A DNA stretch of 13,377 bases from Candidatus Jordarchaeales archaeon (GTDB lineage Archaea > Asgardarchaeota > Jordiarchaeia > Jordiarchaeales > Freyrarchaeaceae), in assembly GCA_038858525.1 (NCBI GenBank), contig JAWCFL010000018.1:24700-38076 (forward strand). The letters run 5' to 3'. Made by a program: the position numbers and the translations under genes. The notes under the pieces were generated by a model. The model was not told the origin of the DNA. It searched no databases and saw only the letters and a program-made list of their open reading frames with translations. Below, one piece after another: positions 1-9,290 of this stretch. Each line of letters opens with the position of its first letter. Position 1 is the stretch's first letter.

Positions 1-2
1 TC

Positions 3-857
3 AAACATCTTTTCGACGTGCCGTGGCTTCCCTACACGTGGAACCTGGAGGGAATACCCCTTGTCAGGCCAGCCAAACTCTACTCCCCGAAGATCTACCG
101 CAACGTGATATCTGCTCTAAGAAGGATCTCCGAAGAATACGTTTACTATTCACCTCACGACGGAAAAGAAATAGTCGCCGTCCCCAGGGAAAAAATAAGG
201 AGAGTTTATGTTCCTGGAGAATGCTTCAAGCTCCTCCTCTCCAAGGAAAGACTTGACTCCCTTGAGGAGCGCGCTGTAAGAATTGTGAAGCTTCTCTCGG
301 AGAGCTCCAGCGTTCCCCTAAGCGACTTTGGCATACATGGCTCCATATCTCTCCGAATGCATAGCGAGGAGAGCGACATAGATGTCACGGTTTACGGGTC
401 GGATAACTTCAGGAGAGTTAAGGACGCACTGGCACGCCTCGCTGAGGAAGGAGTTGTTGAGCCGCTCGTAACTGACCGCTTTGACGAGCTCAGGAGGAAC
501 AGAGTAATATTTGAGGGGGTGCGTGTCGTCGTAAACGCCACGAGAAAACTTGAAGAAATAAATGAAAAGTATGGACAGTACAAGTATCAGGCACTGAGAC
601 CAGTCGAAGTAGAATGCACTGTCACCGATGACTGGGAAGCGGTTTTCAGGCCTGCCGTGTACGGCGTGGAGTGTGGCGGACAAGTGAAGCAAGTCGTGAG
701 TATGATAGGGCAGTTCAGGGACGTGGCGCGTAGGGGGGAGCGCGTCAGGGTGAAAGGGGTGCTGGAGCGCGTTGAGGGGGCTGATGGGAGCTGGCTCCGG
801 GTGGTCGTCGGCTCTGGCGTAGAGGACGAGGAGTACATATGGCCTGCGGAGGGTTAG
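3..857 (+). CDS. Predicted nucleotidyltransferase (Pol-beta superfamily, archaeal COG1665-like), 5'-truncated by the window edge
   Basis: GS...DxD signature (HGSISLRMHSEESDIDVTVYG) and a C-terminal beta-rich OB-like segment (VARRGERVRVKGVLERV). The frame is open from base 3 (KHLFDVPWLP...). Alignment by eye to the downstream paralog suggests about 40 N-terminal residues lie outside the window, so the GTG at 18 is probably not the true start. Confidence 0.75.
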   Translation, partial: KHLFDVPWLPYTWNLEGIPLVRPAKLYSPKIYRNVISALRRISEEYVYYSPHDGKEIVAVPREKIRRVYVPGECFKLLLSKERLDSLEERAVRIVKLLSESSSVPLSDFGIHGSISLRMHSEESDIDVTVYGSDNFRRVKDALARLAEEGVVEPLVTDRFDELRRNRVIFEGVRVVVNATRKLEEINEKYGQYKYQALRPVEVECTVTDDWEAVFRPAVYGVECGGQVKQVVSMIGQFRDVARRGERVRVKGVLERVEGADGSWLRVVVGSGVEDEEYIWPAEG

Positions 858-861
858 CGGT

Positions 862-1944
862 TTGGTTTTGAGGGTTAGAGATAGGGACGCGCCTGTGACT
901 CAGGAAGGCATAATTTTCAGGGTTTACGGTTACGATCACCCACCCACCGCCTGCGTCTGCGACGTCGAGTATGCTCCTGAAACCATATATAGAAGCCGTG
1001 ATCCTAGGGCGGTCAGGGACAGGCTCCCCATACGTTACTACAAGTTTTACGGTGATGAAGGATTAAGGTTCGTCATGAAGAATTACCCTCAATACACGTT
1101 CTTCCACGAGCCACTCCAGCGAAAAATGGTGGGTGTCAGGGAGGGTCAGCTTTCCGAGATCAGGAGACCAGACCACAGGTTCCAGCTTTTCTTCAGCGAG
1201 GAGCCGGACAGAATGACTGATGCGGCGATAAGCCTCGTGGAGATGGTCATGGAGGTTTCAGGTCTAAGTTACAACGACTTCGGCGTATTCGGCTCCCTTC
1301 TCCACGACTTTTATAATGAACACTTCAGCGACATAGACCTCGTTATTTATGGGAGAAGAAACCTCCTGAACTTAGTCGATGCGCTCGGTTGTCTCTACGA
1401 GGAGGATGGCCCGCTGGCAAACGAGTTCTCCCAGCCAAGCCCTACACTCCTCAACAAGAACTGGCGCTTCAAGAACTACTCCCTCCAAGAATACTTGTTC
1501 TACGAGATGCGGAAAATGATATACGCCGTCTACGATTCGCCGGAGCTTGGGCGAAAAGTTAAGGTCGAATTCGAGCCGGTTAAAAACTGGAGCGAGATAA
1601 AAAACGAGTACGACCCTAAGTCCAGAATAACTTACAAGGGATGGGTGAGGGTTGAAGCAACCGTAGCGGAGGACGAAGACTCCTACTTCACGCCAGCAGT
1701 ATACTACTTAGAGGACGTCGAAGTGGTCAGCGGAGTGAAGGTGGATGACGTTGTAAGGGCTGTCACATACGTCGAGGAGTTCAAGATGATGGCTAGGAAG
1801 GGGGACCGCGTAGTCATAGAGGGAATGCTCGAAGAAGTCCAGACGCCGAAGAGAAGCTTCCACCAAGTAACTCTCTCCTACATGCCTGGGGAAAAATACT
1901 ATGACCAGGTTCTAAAGCCGGTAACGCCGCCAAACGTAGAATAA
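862..1944 (+). CDS. Predicted nucleotidyltransferase (COG1665-like), paralog of the upstream gene
   Basis: 360-aa ORF with TTG start and GGAGG at 848-852. N-terminus RVRDRD...EGIIFRVYGYDHPP is typical of the family; FGSLLH...SDIDLVIYG catalytic motif; C-terminal ARKGDRVVIEGMLEEV matches the paralog. Starts 4 nt after the upstream stop. Confidence 0.8.
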   Translation: MVLRVRDRDAPVTQEGIIFRVYGYDHPPTACVCDVEYAPETIYRSRDPRAVRDRLPIRYYKFYGDEGLRFVMKNYPQYTFFHEPLQRKMVGVREGQLSEIRRPDHRFQLFFSEEPDRMTDAAISLVEMVMEVSGLSYNDFGVFGSLLHDFYNEHFSDIDLVIYGRRNLLNLVDALGCLYEEDGPLANEFSQPSPTLLNKNWRFKNYSLQEYLFYEMRKMIYAVYDSPELGRKVKVEFEPVKNWSEIKNEYDPKSRITYKGWVRVEATVAEDEDSYFTPAVYYLEDVEVVSGVKVDDVVRAVTYVEEFKMMARKGDRVVIEGMLEEVQTPKRSFHQVTLSYMPGEKYYDQVLKPVTPPNVE

Positions 1945-1975
1945 AAATCAAGGAAAACCGGAAAAAGAAGAAAGT
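1945..1975 (-). terminator. Oligo-T tract, probable archaeal terminator of the larA-like gene
   Basis: The minus strand reads CTTTCTTCTTTTTCCGGTTTTCCTTGATTTT shortly after the stop at 1988, in a convergent intergenic gap. Confidence 0.4.
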
Positions 1976-1987
1976 TGGCAGCGTCTT

Positions 1988-3244
1988 TTAGAAGGGTTTT
2001 TGTATTGTTGCGTCGGGGAAAACGGCTACCCTAGGTTTTCCTTCATGTGTGTTCTTCAGCTCCTCAAGGGTCTCCTCCCACGTCTTCAGCTTGACAGTCT
2101 TTTCTGGTGGAGCCATTTCAAGCCAGTACTGTTTCTCAGGGTAATTGGACAGAATTATTATTTTTCCTGCCCTGTCAAGTATTCTCGTCGGTGGAAGCCA
2201 CAAGTTTCCTCCAACTCTCTTGACGCCCCACCTTCCGTGAACATAGTGCGAAATCTGCCCGGTGGGCGTGTTGCACACTATCACGAGGGTTCCCCCCTCC
2301 TTCATCAAGACGGCGGGCCACGCTGCTATTGTCGCCTCACTAGCCTTAGAGTAGGCGTTCGAAACAACTATGTCTGGGCTCTGGACGAGCTGCGCCCTGT
2401 AATGCGTCATCGCCTCCTTAACCCCCTCTCTTTGCGCCTCTATAATGTCTCCGGCGAATACGTTCGTCGAGTTCCTTCTTAAGTCGACTAGGACGTTTAT
2501 CACCATGTCCACCCCAACCATTCTGGCTGCTTCCTCAGCGTCCCGCCTCATTATGTTCTCTTCGTTAACCCTCCCGTAAGCCAGCTGGCAACTTGGGTGC
2601 ATTTCCCTGTAGTCAGATGCAGCGGACCAGCCGCCGAGGTCGCCATGGTTAAACGAGATCGTCCTAACGCTTGATACCCCAGGCAAGATGATCTTCGCCC
2701 CTCCGCCGAAGCCGAACTGCGGGTGGGGAACTATGCAGCCGATGCACACCTTAAGGTCGCATCCCATTACCTCGGCGTTAACCTCGACGGGTGTTCCATG
2801 TCTTGTATGACCTAGGTAGTCTAAGTTGCTGTAGGGGTTATGGTTGAAGACGGGGTACCCCTCAACTATATCCTCTCCAAGCTTCTTAGCGAAGTCCTCC
2901 CTGTCAAAAGTGCCGTGAGCCCCATTGGCGCAAATAAACCTCACGTGCTCCTCCTTTATGCCTCCTCTCCTAAGTTCTTCGAGAACTAATGGTGCAACCT
3001 CATAAACCTTCGTGGGCCTAGTCATGTCGTCGAAAATTATGGCAGCCTCCTCCCTTCCCTCCGCCAGCCTACTCAGAGACTTGGTTCCGATGGGGTTTCT
3101 CAGCGCAGACAGCACCTGCTCCCTGCTCAAAGGATGCTTCCCATCGCCCATCATGCCACAAACTTGGACATCCCATCCCTCAGGAAACTCTAGTTCTAAG
3201 GTAGTGTCTCCAAACCACGGCATCTGAGGCAAACCAACTCTCAT
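1988..3244 (-). CDS. larA: LarA-family (DUF2088) nickel-pincer-dependent 2-hydroxyacid racemase/epimerase homolog
   Basis: Motifs FDDMTRP, ANGAHG, IVPHPQFGFGGGAKIILPG and SFNHG match the LarA DxTRP, GxH, PH...GGxK and NH motifs. RBS GGTGA at 3251-3255. The substrate cannot be assigned, so the symbol denotes the family only. Confidence 0.85.
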   Translation of the reverse strand: MRVGLPQMPWFGDTTLELEFPEGWDVQVCGMMGDGKHPLSREQVLSALRNPIGTKSLSRLAEGREEAAIIFDDMTRPTKVYEVAPLVLEELRRGGIKEEHVRFICANGAHGTFDREDFAKKLGEDIVEGYPVFNHNPYSNLDYLGHTRHGTPVEVNAEVMGCDLKVCIGCIVPHPQFGFGGGAKIILPGVSSVRTISFNHGDLGGWSAASDYREMHPSCQLAYGRVNEENIMRRDAEEAARMVGVDMVINVLVDLRRNSTNVFAGDIIEAQREGVKEAMTHYRAQLVQSPDIVVSNAYSKASEATIAAWPAVLMKEGGTLVIVCNTPTGQISHYVHGRWGVKRVGGNLWLPPTRILDRAGKIIILSNYPEKQYWLEMAPPEKTVKLKTWEETLEELKNTHEGKPRVAVFPDATIQKPF

Positions 3245-3290
3245 ACAAGCTCACCACAAAGACTCATCAAACAACATAGATGCGTCTCTA

Positions 3291-3298
3291 TTTTTAAA
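3291..3298 (-). promoter_or_regulatory. TATA box (TTTAAAAA) for the larA-like gene
   Basis: The minus-strand TTTAAAAA lies about 47 nt upstream of the ATG at 3244, with a GGTGA RBS in between. Confidence 0.5.
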
Positions 3299-3359
3299 CT
3301 AAATTCCGATTAAACCTTGACGCGCGGGGCCAAAATAGTACAAAACAAATATGGCTGTT

Positions 3360-3392
3360 GACGCTTAAGCCTCTTGGAGGGCGAAGTGCGTC
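3360..3392. repeat. Imperfect hairpin GACGC-TTAA-GCCTC-TTG-GAGGGC-GAAGT-GCGTC
   Basis: Outer GACGC/GCGTC stem and inner CCTC/GAGG stem read directly. Flanked by T-rich tracts on both strands (3408-3420 on plus, 3332-3351 on minus). It may act as a 3'-end structure or terminator of the rib operon. Confidence 0.5.
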
Positions 3393-3426
3393 CTAAAACA
3401 AGACCCGTTTTTTCTTTTCTGTTACG

Positions 3427-3448
3427 CGTGACTCCCAGTCTCGTCACG
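3427..3448. repeat. Inverted repeat CGTGAC-N10-GTCACG just downstream of the reductase stop
   Basis: Perfect 6-bp stem read directly, 17 nt beyond the stop at 3465 on the minus strand. Confidence 0.35.
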
Positions 3449-3464
3449 TCCTTGTAGCGTTCCA

Positions 3465-4139
3465 TTAACTGTTCGTCCCTGGTCTTCCTTTTACCTTGCA
3501 AGTTATCAGCAGACAGCTTCCCACTCTTTCAGCCTTGACGAATTCAACATTCACTGCTTGGCTCACCCTACTGAAGCCTTCCCCCTCAACGAGCGTTACA
3601 GCTTCTCTTCCGCCCACTATGACTGGTGCTATGGCGACTCTCACCTCATCCACAAGTCCCTTTTCAAGCATGCTCCAATTGAGGTTTCCTCCTCCCTCGA
3701 GAAGAAGACTTTTAACCCCCATCTCGGAAAGCCTCTCCATGAGTATTTCCAAGTTGACTTTTTCTTCTTCGCCGCAAACTATGACGTTTGCGCCTGCTTT
3801 CCTCAGCTCCTCAACTCTTTCAGCTGGAGCCCTACCGGTGACCGCTATCACGGTCGGCACCTCCCCCCTCATGAACGTGATCGCTCTAGCCGTAGGAGGC
3901 GTCCTAGCCATGCTGTCAACGATAACCCTTAGCGGGCTTCTCCCAACCTTAGACGTCAACTTTGGGTCATCCACGATTACAGTGTTGACCCCCACCATTA
4001 TCGCGTCAACCTCGCTTCTCAACCTGTGAACCCTCATCCAGTCCTCCTCATCGGAGAACTCGGAGTCACCTGAAACCGTAGCTATCTTCCCGTCCAAGCT
4101 CATGGCAGCGTTAAGTATAACGTAAGGCCTATTTCTCAT
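3465..4139 (-). CDS. arfC: 2,5-diamino-6-(ribosylamino)-4(3H)-pyrimidinone 5'-phosphate reductase (RibD C-terminal domain only; archaeal ArfC/Rib7 type)
   Basis: AAMSLDGKIAT, RVHRLRSEVDAIMVGVNTVIVDDPKLT and LLLEGGGNLNWSMLEKGLVDE motifs. No N-terminal Zn-deaminase domain. Start overlaps the upstream stop by 11 nt. Confidence 0.92.
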   Translation of the reverse strand: MRNRPYVILNAAMSLDGKIATVSGDSEFSDEEDWMRVHRLRSEVDAIMVGVNTVIVDDPKLTSKVGRSPLRVIVDSMARTPPTARAITFMRGEVPTVIAVTGRAPAERVEELRKAGANVIVCGEEEKVNLEILMERLSEMGVKSLLLEGGGNLNWSMLEKGLVDEVRVAIAPVIVGGREAVTLVEGEGFSRVSQAVNVEFVKAERVGSCLLITCKVKGRPGTNS

Positions 4140-5268
4140 GTACCTTCACCCCATCAACGTAGACGCAAACCACGTTCTCCGACTTAACCCTGTGCACCAG
4201 CGTCTGGTAGGGGTGGTGAACTGGCTTAACGTTGGGAGCATCGAGATCTATGATTACGAGGTCAGCGTCCCTTCCCCTCTCAATCCAGCCCGAGTTCAGA
4301 CTCAGAACCTCAGCCGGGTTGACGGTCACCATTTTAAATATGCTCTTCGCGTCCAGCGCCCCGACGCCGGCTCTAGCCCTGACAGCTTTCCCAAGAAAAT
4401 CCATCTCCCTGAAAAGGTCAGGGGAGTTTATCATAACGTTGTCCGTTCCAAGGCACACCTTGACGCCAGCCTCAACCATTCTCTCAACCGGAGGTACCCC
4501 GACGCCCAAGTAAGCGTTAGCTCTCGGGCAGCATGCAACCCCCCTCCCTGAAACTAGAGACAGCTCCTCATCGCTTGCATGCGTCAAATGGACCAGGAGG
4601 TCGGCGTCAAGCATGTTTATGGCCCTCACCACATCGGATACGCCATGCTCCCTAATCGACCTCTCCCTCTCCTCCCTAGTCTCGGAGGCGTGAACCGATA
4701 TTATGGCGCTCCTCATCCTGCACTCTTCACGTATCATCCTCAGCTCCTCGTCACTGTAACTAGTTGTTGATGGTAGCCCAACTCCGTCGCACACGCGCAG
4801 CAAGTCAGCTATGTTCGCATGGTCTCTCCCTAGGATGAGACACTTGATTACGACGTCCTCCAGTGCCCTCCTCAGGATCAGCGCCCCCCAAACTCCTCCC
4901 TCCCTGAAGTCGGCGAATGTCGTCGTGCCCGAGGACAGCATTTCCATAGCCGCCCACCTTATCCCATCCTTAACGTCTCTTTCCGAAGCTGCATCCAGCA
5001 ATCTGTGCTTAAGCCCGTGAGGAGGCGCCACCAGCTCCTCTATGGTGAAGTTGAACCCAACCTCCTTGAAGAAAGAGTCCCCCACATGAGTGTGCGCGTT
5101 TATCATTCCTGGCATCACAAGGCAGGAAGCATACTCTTCATCCACTCTTCCAATGGGATTATGGGAAACCCTCTTTATGAGCCCGCTGCTCGAGAACGAG
5201 ATGTAAATATTTTCCTCAAAGGCCAGCTCTCTCCCTATGAGCCCATACTCGCAATATATCGTCCTCAC
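4129..5268 (-). CDS. Metal-dependent amidohydrolase, deaminase-like subgroup (COG0402-like), inside the riboflavin operon
   Basis: PGMINAHTHVGDS (HxH), SVHASET (HxxE), VHLTHA and GTDN metal/catalytic motifs of the amidohydrolase TIM barrel. The GTG start overlaps the gch3 stop (GTGA). Confidence 0.88.
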   Translation of the reverse strand: MRTIYCEYGLIGRELAFEENIYISFSSSGLIKRVSHNPIGRVDEEYASCLVMPGMINAHTHVGDSFFKEVGFNFTIEELVAPPHGLKHRLLDAASERDVKDGIRWAAMEMLSSGTTTFADFREGGVWGALILRRALEDVVIKCLILGRDHANIADLLRVCDGVGLPSTTSYSDEELRMIREECRMRSAIISVHASETREERERSIREHGVSDVVRAINMLDADLLVHLTHASDEELSLVSGRGVACCPRANAYLGVGVPPVERMVEAGVKVCLGTDNVMINSPDLFREMDFLGKAVRARAGVGALDAKSIFKMVTVNPAEVLSLNSGWIERGRDADLVIIDLDAPNVKPVHHPYQTLVHRVKSENVVCVYVDGVKVHEK

Positions 5269-6032
5269 TCAGGCGGTCCTCCTAAGAATAGTACTGGTTC
5301 CCTCACCACCCCCCTCCTTATCTTTGAAAGGGCTTTATTAGCCTTTGAAAGCGCCTCGCTCGCGTTTCTTCCGAAGCCAACCCCCGCCTTAAGCTTTAAC
5401 CCTACGCTCGTCTCAAGCTTATCGAGGATCTCTTCGAAGTCATACTCCGTTAGCCCGTTGCATACCGATATAAAATTATCCCCACCGTTGAAGAACGTAA
5501 GCGCTCCCTTGCTCATCGAGAGCTTCATCAAAAGAGTAGACAGGTCTGATATAATGTACATCGCCTTGTATGCGTCCTCCCTATCCGTCACATTACTTGT
5601 AAAGTCGTCCACGTCTATGTGAGCTATCTGGACGTAGCTCTCCTTTGCGCCATTGTCGCTGTACGCCAGAACAGCTCTCCTCTCAGAGGACTGAGCGCTG
5701 CCTTTACTTTGAAGTACACGTGTGGCGGCTCGCTGAGCCTCATAAGCGGTCTCTCCTAAGCCTACACCCATGCTCACAGTGACAGGGTACCTTCTGGCTA
5801 TGCTCCTGAGGATCACCTCGTGCTCCCTGAGGTCGACGCCGTTCGATACTGCCAGCATGTTGTCGAAGCGCGTGAAAAAAAGTAGTCCCCCCCTCACCGA
5901 GAACATCCTCTGAAGGTCGGCGTATAGCTCGGACTGAAGCACTTGAATATCGGCTTCTCTGTCTTCCCCGAGCTCCTCAGTCCAAGGACCATAATTGTCC
6001 AGTTGAACCAGCGTTATCTTTATCAACGTCAC
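5265..6032 (-). CDS. gch3: GTP cyclohydrolase III (IIa)
   Basis: VQLDNYGPWT, RFDNMLAV, QIAHIDVDDFT, GGDNF and LKAGVG motifs of archaeal GCH III (ArfA). Starts 7 nt after the ribH stop. Confidence 0.92.
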   Translation of the reverse strand: MTLIKITLVQLDNYGPWTEELGEDREADIQVLQSELYADLQRMFSVRGGLLFFTRFDNMLAVSNGVDLREHEVILRSIARRYPVTVSMGVGLGETAYEAQRAATRVLQSKGSAQSSERRAVLAYSDNGAKESYVQIAHIDVDDFTSNVTDREDAYKAMYIISDLSTLLMKLSMSKGALTFFNGGDNFISVCNGLTEYDFEEILDKLETSVGLKLKAGVGFGRNASEALSKANKALSKIRRGVVREPVLFLGGPPE

Positions 6033-6039
6033 CCTCTCC

Positions 6040-6471
6040 TTACTCTGAAGCCTCCCTCAAACGTCTAACCATTTTTATAGCAGCCTCAACGGCCCGCCTC
6101 GGGAACTCGTCAATCCTCTCCATAGCTTCCATCCTAGTCATCCCGGGACCAGAAACACCGAGGGATACGGGCTTACCGTACTCAACAGCCAAGTCGACCA
6201 TTTTCCTCGCCGCGTGCTGCGCCACAACTTGGTCGTGGTCTGTGTCCCCCTTCATGACCGCTCCTATTGTGACTACAGCATCGACGTCGTCTCTCTCAAG
6301 GAGCTTCTTGACGGCTAATGGCATGTCGAACGCGCCGGGGACCCTCACCACCTTCACCACTTTTGCCCCGAGAAACTCAGCGTGGTCCAATGCCCTCTGA
6401 AGCATTAGGTAAGTTATGTCATAGTTGAACTCTGAAACCACCAAACCAAGCCTCACTTCATCGTCAGCCAT
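6040..6471 (-). CDS. ribH: 6,7-dimethyl-8-ribityllumazine synthase
   Basis: [38 protein letters not shown] and PVSLGV motifs. The start is placed at the ATG at 6471 because GGGTGA lies 5 nt upstream; the ORF track starts at a GTG at 6480. Confidence 0.95.
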   Translation of the reverse strand: MADDEVRLGLVVSEFNYDITYLMLQRALDHAEFLGAKVVKVVRVPGAFDMPLAVKKLLERDDVDAVVTIGAVMKGDTDHDQVVAQHAARKMVDLAVEYGKPVSLGVSGPGMTRMEAMERIDEFPRRAVEAAIKMVRRLREASE

Positions 6472-6515
6472 CACAATCACCCTTCAGCTGACTAAACCAC
6501 CACCCTAAACTTCTA

Positions 6516-7683
<1,168 letters not shown>

Positions 7684-7715
7684 TTTAACACCGCGTCTAC
7701 AGAAAAACACATCCA

Positions 7716-7725
7716 TAATATATTT
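7716..7725 (-). promoter_or_regulatory. Probable TATA box of the riboflavin operon
   Basis: The minus-strand AAATATATTA lies about 33 nt upstream of the ribB ATG. Confidence 0.5.
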
Positions 7726-7730
7726 GTTGC

Positions 7731-7746
7731 TACTCAAAAATGAGTA
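7731..7746. promoter_or_regulatory. Perfect palindrome TACTCA-AAAA-TGAGTA, putative transcription-factor operator of the rib operon
   Basis: Read directly from the sequence; it sits 5 nt upstream of the putative TATA box. Confidence 0.65.
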
Positions 7747-7749
7747 TCT

Positions 7750-7779
7750 GCTTAGCCCTCACCTTGAGGCGGCTTAAGC
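7750..7779. repeat. Imperfect hairpin GCTTA-GCC-CTCA-CCT-TGAG-GC-GGC-T-TAAGC between the larA-like stop and the rib promoter
   Basis: About 12 pairable positions. Its reverse complement resembles the hairpin at 3363-3387. Confidence 0.5.
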
Positions 7780-7800
7780 GAGCTAATTGAAGTGCTCCTT

Positions 7801-9279
7801 TCACCCAGTCCGCGTACAGAAAACGGGTGGCATAGCTGGGTAGGCTACGCTGGCGCTTCTCCCAACGTAGCTGTACGCTTTGCTCAGCGCTTCGCTCAGA
7901 CTTCTAGCCCACTCGAACCCCATTCTCTCGGGAACCTTGGGGTTTGAAGGGGCGACATTTATAACAGTCAGAGCCCGCTCTAAGGCTGGCCTTATGGCGT
8001 ACCAGACGAAGAAGGGGTGAGCTCCGTGATAAGCGTAGCCGTACCTGTACTGCTTGACGTATCTTTCATTCTTGGCAAACTTTCTCTCGTATTTCTCGCG
8101 TAGCTCCCATGGGTCACGCGTCTCCTCTAAAGTCTTATAGAATTCTACATATGAGGGGTGATGCTTCTCGTGAAAGACCTCGTCCATAGGGTTGCAGAAT
8201 ATTAGGACGCCGTTTTTCTTGAGGATGGGCTCCCCGACGCTCAGGAAGCCGTAAGCGTACCCCAAAGCTAGGTTAGCTGTGAGGACGGGATTTTGTGTGG
8301 AGAAGGACGCGTAGGGGCTCATATTTGGGACGCCGATCACCACCACATCGAACTGCCTGTCTACCTTCAGTTCGAGCTGCCTCCTAAGGCTTTTCAATGT
8401 TTCCACGTGCACGTCGTTGACGCTTCCAGCCCCCACATAGGCCATCCTGTAAGACGCCCTAATCCTACTACGAATCACGTCTCTCATTTTTCTCGGGAAA
8501 ATGGAGAACGCTTTTAGTGTTAGGGGTACCCGTAAGCCTTTCTTGTTAGCCAGCGAGAGGCTCGGTTGAAGCTCGTTCGTCACCACAGTTTCGACTTGGA
8601 AAACTCTCACGTTTTTCTCTATAACCTCACCCATCCTCCAAAGTATCCTGTGCATCTTTGAACTCTCAGGATCCATTATGTTCCACCCAAAAACATCGGG
8701 GTTATGGTGGCAGCTTATAGATTCGTATGACCCAAGCCCAACAGCGACGGATTTCCATCCTCCGTTCATCGGAGTAAATGTAACGTTTACGTAGACCAGA
8801 ATGTCGCTCTCAACGATCTCCCTATTCACCGTCACCGGCATGCCGTCAACTGAGCCCAACTCGATCAAGTTTTCTTCATCCTCGGCGTCGTGGCAGACGG
8901 CGCGTCCAGCATGCTCCCCCACTACTGCCGCCAGCTCCCTCCTCGACCATTTTCTATGCGTCCCGTTGGCACATAGAAGCTTGACGCCAACCCCCGCCTC
9001 CTCAGCCATACTTAGAACTTCACCAACAATAATTCTCCTCGGATCCTCTGCGGGAAGGGGTATAGGGAGCACTGGGTCGTCAAAGGCCACAACAATCCTC
9101 CTACACTCCCTTAACGCCTCGCTAAGCGGCTGCTCGCTCAGAGGGTTCTCCAAAGCTTCACGAACCACTGTCCTGGGATCCTTTAGAGGCGGTAAGGGGG
9201 GAGGAGCAGTCAGCACCACGGTTCCTTCCGGGAAATCATCGGTAAGTATGTTATCGCCGTGAATTACTGGAAGCTTCAC
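7801..9279 (-). CDS. Divergent LarA/DUF2088-domain protein (long subtype)
   Basis: VVAFDD, CANGTHR, NGGWKS, CHHN, VFQVETV and AYHGAHPFFVWY motifs. GTG start with GGAGG RBS at the hbd stop; 11-nt gap to hbd. Confidence 0.75.
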   Translation of the reverse strand: MKLPVIHGDNILTDDFPEGTVVLTAPPPLPPLKDPRTVVREALENPLSEQPLSEALRECRRIVVAFDDPVLPIPLPAEDPRRIIVGEVLSMAEEAGVGVKLLCANGTHRKWSRRELAAVVGEHAGRAVCHDAEDEENLIELGSVDGMPVTVNREIVESDILVYVNVTFTPMNGGWKSVAVGLGSYESISCHHNPDVFGWNIMDPESSKMHRILWRMGEVIEKNVRVFQVETVVTNELQPSLSLANKKGLRVPLTLKAFSIFPRKMRDVIRSRIRASYRMAYVGAGSVNDVHVETLKSLRRQLELKVDRQFDVVVIGVPNMSPYASFSTQNPVLTANLALGYAYGFLSVGEPILKKNGVLIFCNPMDEVFHEKHHPSYVEFYKTLEETRDPWELREKYERKFAKNERYVKQYRYGYAYHGAHPFFVWYAIRPALERALTVINVAPSNPKVPERMGFEWARSLSEALSKAYSYVGRSASVAYPAMPPVFCTRTG

Positions 9280-9290
9280 TCACACCCCTC

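Noticed and set aside
23-939. Short alternative-frame and antisense ORFs over the first nucleotidyltransferase (23-256, 206-388, 318-692, 392-583, 587-838, 745-939)
   Set aside because: They overlap a motif-supported gene wholly or largely, are Ser/Thr/Pro-rich shadow translations and show no recognisable domains.
7684-7737. 18-aa N-terminal extension of RibB given in the ORF track
   Set aside because: It starts at a TTG inside the palindrome and crosses the TATA box; the ATG at 7683/7680 has an RBS-like sequence and fits the family start.
7684-7800. FMN riboswitch upstream of ribB
   Set aside because: The putative TATA box leaves a leader of only a few tens of nucleotides or less, and no FMN-aptamer conserved blocks are visible; a DNA operator explains the region better.
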